Shown here one piece after another: positions 1 to 13,100 of a stretch of 64,000 nt of DNA; positions within the stretch are counted from its first letter, which is position 1; each line of letters starts with the position of its first letter. Source of the stretch: Tubiluchus corallicola (lineage: Eukaryota > Animalia > Priapulida); the NCBI GenBank assembly GCA_030141605.1, contig JAQGDQ010000064.1, positions 362,116 to 426,115 on the forward strand. Direction: 5' to 3'. The notes under the pieces are model-generated. The model ran no database searches, was not told the DNA's origin, and was given only the letters and a program-made list of their open reading frames with translations. A program made the translations under genes and the position numbers.

Positions 1-1165
1 GTAATGTAATCAGCATGACAGTGTTCTTGTATTATAAATTTGTATTTTTCGACAAAAAATGTACTTTTTCTTTAACTTGGCTGAAGCCAGCTATCATTGT
101 TTATCCAAAAACTCTATACAAAGTTATATTGCTTAGTATTACGCTTATCTGTCTAAAAGACCTATGTAAATGGAAAAGAAAATTCTTAGTAATTTTAAAT
201 GTTTGCACCATCTGCTAACATGTCACTTACATACTATCCCAGTGGGTGACAAAAACGTCACTGGCTCGCTAAAAAACGTATTATTAATTTTGTTGATAAG
301 ATAGAGTAATTTGTATTTTGCTTAGTTAGTGATGTATGTGCTTAGAATGCTCTGATTGTTTTTTCAAACTTTATGCAGTGTTATTTCAACTTGAGTAAAT
401 TTCTCACTCAATTGTTGACCATTGAAATGCATGCACTTAACGGTCAGCATAAGAGTTTAGCTAAATTTACAAATTTTATACATCAGTACTGTATAACTCT
501 GTGCACTGAAAGCCAGCATGTAAGTGATACGAAATTTTAAGATAAATTTTTTTCACCTTTTTGAAAGGAATTATGTTTTCTTATGCTTTAACAATTCTAC
601 TCTAAATATCTAAATAAATAAGATAAAAAATATCTTTATCAGTTTAACATCTTGTTCCCTTAGTATATTAAATTTCTATACCTCAATAATAGGTTTCTGG
701 AGATTCTACATGTCACTTATTTGATCTTTGCTGTGCCATACCACTTTGTAATGGATTATAATGCATTTTTATAGGTTAATCATAAAACTTATTCTGATCG
801 ATTGATTTTATGACGTCACAATTTCAATATGGCAATGACAACATCATAATCCAAAAAGTTTTATTTTGGATTTACTTACAGCAGGGTTTTTAATGGGTTA
901 TTACAATTTCAAAATGTTGGTGATTACATCTTATTTCAAAAGTGATTTGGACAAATTCTCAATAGTTTACCTGTACCTATTTTTACAGTGTCGAGTTCCA
1001 TAATTATGTACATAACAAAAGTTTTTTACATTATTACCGTTATCTTTTTTTTTGTCTTGCTACTGGGTGAAATAAATTGTTTTGGCTAACACTAGTAGAT
1101 ATCATGTTTTGTCTTTAATTTTATTTAGCAAATAAGCCATATTTTTTATGTGTCTTCTTTGACAG

Positions 1166-4100
1166 TACATGCAGCAGCATTGGCTGGCAATCTTACAATC
1201 AGAGGGAAGGTGTATCAGATACGGAAATCTTATCTAACATCTGATGCCACTGCACCACATAGTTTTCCCCTAGACAACATTGTCTTGCTTACTGGCTTGA
1301 AAATTCCATATTCTGTTGACGAATTACGTAGTAAGTTGCCTAGGAAAATGCAGTCATACGTGACTAGGGTAAGTGTAGTGTTCCTTATTACAATATACTT
1401 TCATAAGTGCTTCTAAATCCTCTTTGGGTTTCTTATCTGTGGAATTTTCTACCAGAAAATTGCTTCCCTGAAAACTGCAATCTGACTCAATTCAAGAAGA
1501 ATATCAGCAGATGTCTTTAATGGCTAGCAAATTAGCCATGTAAGTTCTATTTCTATTGATAATTTTTCATATCTTATTGTAGTGGCCCTTGACCTTGCTT
1601 GGCGCGAATTGTACAAAAAAATATTAATGATGTGTTCCTTCTACCAACTTATCTCAACTGTTTTAAATTGTTAGGAAAATTTTTATTTGTAGGTATTTGT
1701 AAAAATGCTGCTTTCAGATAACTTTGAGTAGAAGCCTTTATATTCTCTGGACTTTGTAAAATTGGATTTCATAAAAATTAGATGCTATAATTCATGTGTA
1801 TTTTAAGTTTGCAATGATCTGAGATTTGTTAAACAGTTTCAGTTTTGTGTTGATTATTTGCGAAATCATAAAATTTAATGAACTTCTGTATTAATTCAGA
1901 CTCAGAATTGAAGATGCTTTTCCCACAGACTTTTTCATTTCCTTTCTGTACTTTACGCAGTATTCAAACGTGTCACAATACGCCTTAGTGCATTATTTAC
2001 TTTATTCATTTTTCGATGCAAAAAATATTGCTCTTAGGTGTTTGTGTTTTGTATTATTGAAGAGTTAATAAAGTAAATAATTCGTGTGTACTGTTAAACA
2101 TTTTAGTATTCGGGTTCCTTGGATAGGCTGATTATTTGGCATTATCTGTATTACAGGTGTTTACCCAACATCAGAAGAACATGGCCATCCTCTGTACAAC
2201 CAATAAGTTGAGCATGGATGTTCTGATGGGATATCAAGGCAATCTAACAGTAGATAAGACAGACGTTGGCTTGTGGAGAGCACATATTCTTTGGAAGCTC
2301 GTAGATGACCTTCACTTTGCTGAATACATGCCGTCCAGATTCCAAGATAATGAGGTAGTTTGTTTATAAGTTTTTGGCATGCTGATCAGGTTAGTGCCAC
2401 TCCCAGTTAAATAAAACTCACAAATCATCATCTCCTGGAACTATAGCCATTTGGCAGGAATTCAAACGCAGTACAAGATGAAGAGCATATCTTATCTGTT
2501 CGCCCCAAAACAGCAATGTTGAGAGACTCCAATAGATTTTTGCACGTTAATGCTGTCTCGATGGCAGACATTTTCCAAAGAACAGATGTTAAATTCGGTG
2601 TGACTCTTAATGTCTGAAGGTGTATAGTTAAATCCGTTGAGGTATGCCCATGAATGCGACCTTAAGTATATTGCCCCATGTTTAAGATTGTATTAGCAAA
2701 GTACTTTTGTTTTCACTTAAATACAATATTACGCAAAAGGAGTATTATTAATACTATAAATCCTATTTGACATTGAAAAAATCGATATTTCGTTGCAAGT
2801 TTAAGTTGTGTTTGTGATATTTCAGCCTGTATGCTACTTACATATATATATATCTTACATTTTGTTTAAGTGTTCACTGGACTAAAAACGTTTTTATTAC
2901 GATACGGTTTGACCTGCATTATGTAATTCTTTTTAATCAATAAACAATCAGTTAATGAATCCTCTTACAAAAACTTCATTTGTGCATATAATATATTCTG
3001 ACATCTCGTATAAAGTAGCTATAATACTTTCCTCTCAACTTTTATGTAAACTAACTGTAATACATTATATTAAGCTTCTGGGCTTTGTCTTTAGGAGTTG
3101 AGATACTCTCTGCGTTCTTTGGAGAAACATGCACCATGGGTGCGTCATGTGTACATAGTTACGAATGGTCAAATTCCATACTGGCTGAATCTAGATAATT
3201 CACGTTTGACTTTAGTGACACATGAGGTATTGTCCTTCTTTGCTTCTTTATTTTTCTTTTGTTTTCGTTCATGGTCATAAAATTCTAAGTTTGAACGAAC
3301 TAAAGCTTCAAACTTCTTTAATATCAGCGAAAGATTTTTTGTTCACCTTGTAGTTATTTTTGCATGTTCAAAACCATGTATAGTAAAAAATTTAACAAAA
3401 ATTAACAACTTTTTTCAGAATCATGGTTATTATTATTATCATCATCATTGTCGTCGTCATCATAATCATCTTGATAATCATCATCACCATCATCGTCATT
3501 GTTAGCGCCATCATCATCATCATCACCATTACTAGTGTCATTGCAAAAGCTGTATATGTAATTTGAGGTTTTGAATAAAATCTATTTGAAAGTGTTTAGA
3601 TCGTAACTGTAATTGTTAAAACTTTATTATTAATATTGAGTTTTGCCGCCTGTAAGCTTGAACATATTGTATGTCTTTACTGGTTTTAAAGAAGTTAGTA
3701 AGAATATATATGGAAATAGTCGTTTAAAGAAAATGCCTTGTACGTTCTTCTATTCTCGACATAAATGGCAAGTGGAAAATATGATGTATTTTCTTGTATG
3801 TTTTTCTAGGAAATTTTTCCAAACAAAAGTCATCTGCCAACATTTTCATCTACTGCCATAGAATCGCACATTCACCGCATTCCTGGCTTATCACAAAAAT
3901 TTATCTATCTCAATGATGATGTAATGTTTGGAAAAGATGTCTGGCCGGAAGATTTCTACACACATTCCAGGGGTTATAAAGTAAGTTTGTTTGCAGCTGT
4001 TGTTGAACTTTCAGTTTAATTAGAGTGTTTGAATTTTCGTTTTATATCTACATATGAAAGTGACATTTTTAATTATCCACTTGTCTATTTTTGGAAATCT

Positions 4101-7100
4101 AGTGCAGCATAACTCTTTTGTAATTGCAGTAGTAACTATTTTTGGAAACGGTTTCCCTTACATCTACATGTAATTTTCCTACATGCGAAATTAGAGCTAT
4201 TATAGTTCCAGAGTGACTTTCATTGACTGTACACTTGGTATCCGACTGGAAAAAGTTTTATTCAGATTTTGTCACGTGCACTTTTGGCCTCAAAAAAACA
4301 TTCTTTGCTGACGATAAACTCGATTTTAGCTAATCTGACACTCAAAATTTTTTATGGAAATTTTTATGTAGATGTGCTTCTTGTTGTCGTCATCATTACA
4401 GTTTCTTGTTTTTCTTGTTTCTTACTAATACTCTTATTATTTTACCTTTTCTATATTAACATTTGTATAAAGTTTATTTTCCTAAAGTTTACAATTCCCC
4501 ACACACAAGAAATTAGTTTGTGAAGTGGATTAGGATTAGAGTTAGGGTTAGGATTAGGGTATGTAATTGTGTGGGAAATTGTAAATCCCATTTATTTTTT
4601 TCATTTTTCTTTGTCTAACTTGCTGTTTCATTGTTAAACTTTAGGTATATCTATCCTGGCCTGTTCCTGGCTGCAATGACGCTTGCCCATCGTCATGGAT
4701 AAACGACGGGTATTGTGACAAAGCTTGTAATAATTCTGAGTGCGACTGGGATGGAGGCGATTGCAAAGGTAGTGTGATGTAGTGATGAAATATAATGTTC
4801 TGAAGCTTGTTAAGAAGTACTGTTTTGCAGCTATTAGCAGTCTTGATCCCACTGTATATTTATCACTTTGGTACAAAATAGATTTCTAGAACAACAAGAG
4901 CTTTTCTAAATTTTGCGTTTACGCTACAATATACTGGGGAACTCGTAAAGTACTATTGTGCAGCAAAATGTTGGATGGCCTGGATGTGTCTGAATACCTT
5001 AACATAGAGCTAATGATCTCTTTTCAAATATACGACCTTGTGTAATGTTTTTATGTAAATGCTGCTCACTGGTGCTTCTATTTTGGCAGCATTCCTATGA
5101 TAAAGTTTTGTGGAAAACAGTTTTAATTATATCAATTAGCTATTTTCCTAACATTTGTGACACACATGATCATTAGGTTGATTTTCAAACAAATTTTGGC
5201 TTGAACTGTCATTTTTTTTAAATTTGGGTTTCGAAGATCAGTGCAAAGCAATTGTTTTTGAGTTCTTTGATGCGACAAGATATGGCAAGCTAGGCTGCAG
5301 TGATAGACAAACTGCTAATAATTTGGTAGGAGTTGATAAATTTGATGTAGCATGACTTTGCAAGGCATTCTTTAGTTTAACCTATGTTGTTTTTGAAAAT
5401 GTTATGTTGAGTCACATTACATTGTGTTGTTTTTGTTGTGTGCAGTAATTATCAATGGTCGAATTTAGTTTTGAAAATTTTCTAAAAATTAATGGTGATG
5501 CTGTCATTAATCTGTTATTCTAATAGATGGAGCAAAAGGCTTTGAATTTGGTGGTGGACTGGATGATTCAGACTCACATTGCAGCTCAGGATGTGCTAAC
5601 TCATGGATTGCTGACAAATATTGTGACACTGTATGCGATGTATATGAATGTGCATTTGACGCTGGTGATTGTAGTGACAAAAATTTCCATAAAATGTACA
5701 AAGTGCTAGTGGAAAAAGAGCTAAATCTCTATACTATACCAAAAGGTTTGTTTTTAGAAACATTTTATTAAGTAGTAGGTACTCTGTGTGTCTGTATCAT
5801 AACACGACTACATTAATAACAATCTGACCCAGAAAAAAGTTACCGTATATACTTATATACAAGTCGAATTTTTGGGAGGCGATTTTAAGGTGAAATTTTT
5901 GGGGTCGACTTATACTTACGATATGTTTTTGGAAGATGTCGCTAAAGAGTCGTCTACAATACGAATATGTTAAGAAATAATCCTTCATTATACGTTGGAC
6001 TGAATGAACACTCATACTGTGATACTTCACATCAGAGAATGTTTGCATCTTGACATTATTTCACAGAATTAACAAATATTACCGTAATTTATTTTAATGT
6101 ATGTGAAATTAAGTTAAAATTTATATACTACCGGTAAATAAACTAGCAACGGAGCACTCGATCAGAACATGGAAAACGACAATGTTGTGCAGGTGCTGCC
6201 ACCTGTCGGCTGAATTAATAAGGTCGGACTTGTAAACATGGGGGCAAATATGATCTTCAGATTGATACTGACTGTTGAAAATCTAGCGTAAATACGCATA
6301 CCTTGGAAGATCATTTACCCATCATTTACTCTGGAAGATCTTAATATTTTATGGTAGACTTGTTCACAGGTAATATATAAAATGATGCAATTTTTGGTCT
6401 TAAAATGCACATCGACTTGTACACACGTATGTATGGTAAATGGTATCATTTCGATTAGATATTGGTTGTTTAGTTAATGTCCCTGTCCCCTAGTTAGAAG
6501 TAGTCAATACAGTTACTACTGAAAAAGTCGTAATTGTTCAAAGCTTATCCTGGGCTAGCAATCATTGAACTATTAATACGAAGTCCTCTTTAGTCAAAGC
6601 ACTTTTTAAGTGTTAACTCAAGAAGTTTCAATGCTGTAAATGTAAAATAATAAACAAATTCTTTACCTGTTTATAACAGCAAAATATTTAATGTGGAGAC
6701 ACACATTTAGTTTTTTTATACATATAGTACTGTAAAAGAAGTTTTGTTTTTTTTTTCAATTGACTCGTATTCATTGATTTCTAGTAAAATGGGCATGCAA
6801 TTTGTAACGATCAAATTATATGAAATTAATCGTAACTATTTTTCTTTATTTCAGGACTAAATGTGTTTTATCTGGATTTCTCCCAGATATTTTCATCAGA
6901 AAGTGAAATAAGTGATAGCAGCTATGATGAACCAAATGAGAAAAATGCTGTTGTTCGAGCGGCGGGTTTTTCACAGCCGCATAAAACTTTACATGTTGTT
7001 CTTCACCATGGCAAAAATGCAACTAATATAAGCTTTACCGTATTTGGGAAAGATCTCAGTAATCACGTAAGTTTAAAGTAATGTTAATCCGTAATCCAAT

Positions 7101-10100
7101 CTCCGAATGAGTTTGCTATCTCAGTGTTTGCCAAACAGTACTTTTCACTTGCTGGATGGTGACATCACATGTTTCGACCACATTTCATAGTTCAGTAGCT
7201 TACAGCTACAATGTATACAAAAAAAACAATTGTTCGACTATTAACTTAATAATTGCTTTAACTTTAAATGTAAGTGAACAGTACTGCGTAAGAGCAAGCA
7301 GGCTTCTATAATAAAACCTTAATCAATCGACTTACTGAAACAATTTGCTTAATTTTTGTAAGCTGATACTGAAATGCTAAAAAAATTTTCTTGTACATCA
7401 TAATCTTATACATACCACTAAATGGAAATTACTTTAATAATGTTTAAAACCATGTTTAACCAAATTTGCAATGGCAATTTTTTTGTTCTCAATTGATTAT
7501 TGAAATATCTTTAAAATGGAATTTTTGTGCATTTTTTATTTTTTTGTACATATCTAACTTCAATCTCTGCTATCTGGTTTGACAATTTTAGACATTGGAT
7601 TTGAAAATAAATGTTAGTGTCGACACGAGAACACATCTTGTCTATAATCACAGCCGTAATAAAGAAATTGTTGCTGGGGAGGCTGATCAGCAAACTGCTG
7701 ATGAAATTGATGAACTACCCATAACTTTTGAAGAAGTTGCGCAAAGGTTTGTTTTCATATTTTATTACCGAGCTTGAACTTGCTTCTTATTACTGAGAAG
7801 TTCCTGGATAGCATGTAAATATCATGTCAGACAAAACTTATAAAACATGTTAATAAGACACAGACTTAAGAACATTTATAAATTAGAAAAGGAACTTTGA
7901 TAACAAATTGTTTTTGTAATCTTAGATAATTCCCATTGAAGCATTTACTTTGTGCCCATAGTTAATTTTATAAACTTTTCGTCATTTTAATTTATAAAAA
8001 ATCCATAAAATTATCACTAATTTTATCTTTAAGTAAATTTGCATTATTGCGTGAATTGGCACTAAACTGAACTCAATAATATAAATATTTAACTTACGCA
8101 ATTTTTTATTCATTAATATAGTTATGGACCAAAATAGAAATTACAGCTTTTAAAATTATTGATAATGTATCCATGTAAGAACTATTTAATTTCTTATTTG
8201 TATTCATAGCTTTGATTTTAAACTGTGCCAGATATTTAATTATCAACAAAATAATTTGTTTGTAATGTTTACCACTTGTTCTGTAACTATGATTTTAACT
8301 TGTTGAATATGAAAATTTACTGTTTAAGATGTTTTTTTCAGAGGACCAAAGCTAGTGCCTACTGAGAGCCAGACAGAGCAAGATAATGTAAATTACGATA
8401 ACATAGTTTTACCTCCAGAAGTAGAGGAACAAATATCATCACTGAGTGAGCAGTTTACATCAGGTAGATAAAGCTCTTATCATGAACCATAACAGTTGCT
8501 TTACGAAAGCTCCTTTATTCGCTTCAGAAAACTCATGATTAGAAACAGTTTTTTTTTAATTTATGAGACATGGTGTTATAGCTTGTTATTAAACCAAGAA
8601 AACGTGAATGTCTTGAAAATTTATTCAAAGGAAAAAAAATCACCTGTCATCCTTGTATGCTATTGTGTAGTGTACGAAGTGGCTTTGAAACATCAATTTG
8701 CTAAGCTCTTCACAATTTTACTTAGCAATTGCAAAGACTACAGCAGTACTTAAACAGGAAGCCTTTTCACAGATCCAGTGATTGATAATGATCGTGAAAA
8801 GGCTAAAGGTTAAGTGAACCTAACTATGTTCTCTGAACCTAACAAAGCATATGTTTATGTTTACACTTGACAATGCCTCACTGCCCATGCTATTGTATTA
8901 GTAACTGTTCTTGCCATTAATTTTTGCTTCATTTATGTCATTTTACGTGGATTGCTGTTTCTATTTTGCTAGCTGTTTTCGGATAAGAATAACATGTTAG
9001 TTTAAAACTATACATGTAGTATATAATAAAAAGTAACCACGTATTTAACTCATTTCATCTACATATATGTAAGGTCACGTGATGGTTGTTGTTTAGTAAG
9101 ACACGCTGGCTTCACTTAACCTTTGAAGTACAACAACTGACATAGCAAAATACTGTGAAAAGGCTTATTTTAACTAGGTAGGAAAACTTCACTCTGTTTA
9201 AAGAAAAGAAGTGGTTGTCTGTACAGCTGAACTTGAATTTGATTGGTTATTGTTTCTTGTTTTCTTGGACGCTTCTTGTTTATAAATTTATAGGTGAGCT
9301 CACAGAAAAGGGTTTGAAAGTTAAAAAGTCAGAAATCATATCGAATTTCCTTGCCAACATGCGGGTCAGAAACCAACCAATCAGATACCGACAGGACAAC
9401 AGAGGTTCTAATAATATTGAACAACAGCTACCGCGAAGTCAACGTGAACAAATTAAGCAACAACTGCCTCGCCCTGCTGTTCAATCACAACCAGCGATTC
9501 AAAATCCAAGTATCGAGGACTTGCCACAGCAGAATGGTCATGCTTTGTCACAATCATTAAATGATCAACAATCAAAAACTGTGGATAAAATAAGGCTTCC
9601 TGTTGAACCTGTTATTTCTAAGCAGCGAGGGAATGTTGACAGTCCACCTGTTTTTCGAGCACCGCCCAAGGTTAGTGATAATAACAAAGAGCATATACCA
9701 CATGTACTCGTAAATGAAGATTCACAAGTGAAAAAACCTTTAGTACATGGTTTGCCTGGTAATTCGAAGCTACCACCTTCTGGTGTACAGAAACACGATG
9801 ATGATGCAATACTAAAAGATATTCACGCTGGAAAACTACCCATAGAAAAACCAAAAGAATTTCGTCCTGTCCAACCAGATAATTTAGGTGGTGATAGCAA
9901 CAGGGCAATTAATTTGCCAAGACCCGACATTTTACATGAAGAGAACATACAAGTGGAAAACATTGATGGTGCTCCTGTGAATAAACCTTCCGAAGATATT
10001 TTATCAAAGAAATCGGAGCAAGTTGCAAGTCAAAACAATAAAGAAGATATGGGCGTTATCAATAGAAAATTAAAATCTGTTAATGATTTGCCATTAGAAT

Positions 10101-13100
10101 ACAGTATACATAATACCTTAGAAGATGAAGTACCAGATGATGAGTATCCGTTGCTGTGGAATATGACAGCAGAGGAGAATGAAGTTGGATTTCTTCCTTG
10201 GGAAAAACAAGAAACATTTAGCCAGGTGATTTTAATTGCAATGTTTTCTAAGCTGCAAAACTGATTGCAAACTGAAATGAGCCTTGCATTTATTAAATAA
10301 TACTGATATTATTCATCTAGTTAAATAAACAAATTGGTAAATAAATTTAATATTTTGCATCAGATAATTTGCTAGAGACAGAAATATCAAGATCTTTCAC
10401 TTTGAAAATAGAATGCTGTTTTCACGACTTTTTCCTGCCAAACTGTTATGCATTTAATTTTTTTGTTGTTTTAGTAAATGTTGCACTGTGAAAGCCAGTG
10501 CATTAAATTATTTTATTTTAGTAAATAAAAAATTACTTTGTTTAGGAGATCAGTAAACAAGAAGCAATGAAGCAGTACGAAACGGATCATTTTTTAAGTC
10601 GTAAAACACTGGATGCTTTTTCAAATTCTCTGAGACATGTGAATAGAATGTACAACAAGCATTATGGTTATTCTGCTCGCAAAGTGCCTGCTCATATGCC
10701 GCTGATGGTCGACAAAAATATTATGCAACGTTTACAGGACAGGTTTGTCTTTTGTTTACAGCAGTTTTATAGTTTGTAATAGACTTTATCAGAGTTGCAA
10801 AGTTACAAGTTTATTTTTATGGTTTATTAATGTGGATTGACATACGAGTGATTGTGCAACTACAGTAAAATCGTGTGTGTATATTATACTTATCTAATTC
10901 TAATCGAATGTTTTTTTCTAGCATGTTGCAGTATATACTATGTATTAATATAGTATAGTATCTACAAAACTGGTACCACTGATTTATTGATTTTATGAAA
11001 TTAATGTGCATCAATATTGTTGTGATTATATAAGTTACCAATTTTATGTTTTTACTGTTATTAATATAGTATAATAAATTACTAATAGTAATAGTATTAA
11101 ATAGCGTTTTATAATTCCTACTATTCTTAATGTCTCAACAGCAACCTAGAACAGCCATTTAAATACAATGTTTAAAAATATGCAGGAAAAATATAATTTT
11201 GTGCAAATATAATAAGATGTATAAAACAGTATTTATACAATTTTCAGATTTAGTAAAGAATGGGACTTGACCTCAAGCAATACATTTCGTGGAAAGAACG
11301 ATATGCAGTTCTCGTTTTCTTACTTTTATTTTCTAATCAGTGAGAAGATGCCGAGAAACATTTCACAAATATTTGATGAATATGACACAGACAAAACTGG
11401 GTAAGGTGTTGTTGTTATTCTGTTTTCCTTGCCTTTTAGTATTTATATCATCTAGAAGATTCTTACCCTGTGACTCAAAAAGCATTATCCATTTCATGAA
11501 ACAGTTTGAAAATAAATTAATACATAAAAGTAGAGCAAACAAACTAATTTTTGAATGAAGTTACATTTTAATAAGTAGCTTTTCTTGTTTACTATCTGTT
11601 TGTACTGTTTCTACTAATTTCGGAATTTTTCGACACATTTTCGACTCTAACAGGAACCTTGGCCACTTTCCTATGGCCTATTCAGCTTTAACTGCTTGTA
11701 TGGTCATGTACTGGGCTAGAACGGCAGCTGGGCCACAATTCGTGAGAGCCTTGTGAGCCTGTGGCTTTGAAAATTGATGCTGTAATCCTCTATCTCTATG
11801 ACTGGCAAGAGCATGAGACAATTCTTCGTCTGTTATCTGTTTTACGTTTTTTAAGACAACAGTTCTTTCCTTTGAATAGAAAGATGTATGTGGTTTTTTT
11901 TCATTTGAAGGAAATAAATTACAAAAATCAGCCAAACAAAAATTTAATTTGCTTAAATGATTATGATCTATGTTCCACTGTAACATTTTCAGGACGTGGT
12001 CAGACAGGGAAATTCGGACACTAGCAACTCGACTGTATGATGCACCACTTACATTAGAGACAATGACCAAATTTGAAAACCTATTGATAAATTGTTCTAA
12101 TAATTTACCACCCAAGCTTAAGGAAGAGCAACAACAACACACAACGCCATACTACGAACGTTATTATGACTCAAAATTAGTAAGTAACATTAGAAGTATA
12201 CTGAGTTGAAAACTATACCTTTTCATATTTTGCACTCAAGATGATTTTGCTTATACATTGCAAGCTTTATAAAATATATAACCTTTATAAATATAGGCTT
12301 CAAAAACACTTCAGATTCGATATACTTTACTGGTGTACAATTACAATTAATTTTTCTGTAGTAATCTGTGTAAAGCTATTGATAAATTAAAAGTTAACCA
12401 GCTATCTTACGGTCTTCTCAGAGATAATTTTTCTGATATTTAAGGTAAAATACAGCATGCTTAGTGAAGTTTCAGTTTTACACAAAAACAGAAAAAAAAT
12501 GTTCTAACTAAGATTTTCTGATACTTTTGACTTTTTCTTAACGGCTTATATAAGAGTAGTGAAGGTGTCATTTGCGAAGAAAGTTTAGAACTTCATTTTG
12601 CACGTTTTACTCGCTAGATGGCGCCAGGGAAATCTCGTTTCTTAATTACGGCAGCATTTGCGTTTGGTTGTCACTTGTCACATTTCACTATATGTCACAA
12701 ATTCAGCATCATGGAAACGATGAGTATCCAAGGAAGCCATCGCTAGGCACATTTGTTTAGGCTGCGACCTTCCAAAGTTTCATGAGCAAAATTGAGCAAA
12801 ATAATATTGCGGGGGAAGATGTAATTTCATGGCCCGATTTCGTTAGGAATAAAGCCACGAAATTTAATAAAAGTTGTGTCAAATTTTAAGTTATGGTTAA
12901 CTCTTTTAATTAATGAAGACTTGTTTTTTACTTTGAATTTGACCTTTAAAGTTTTTTATTTAGCCAACTTTGACAAAAAGTCTTGTGGTTAACTGTGAGC
13001 CTTTGATAGCTGTGATAAAACAAAAAATGAAGCCGACAGATAAGTACAAGTAAGTAATTGGCATAATTTATTCATTATGACAGTCTGAATCAGTTCAGTC

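Noticed and set aside
11678-12142. 154-aa minus-strand ORF
   Set aside because: It is the antisense shadow of a GNPTAB exon and intron, with no recognisable domain.
12440-12900. Possible Kolobok-like element starting ttaa|ggtaaaatacagc
   Set aside because: No matching right TIR or TSD was found, so it is left unclassified.
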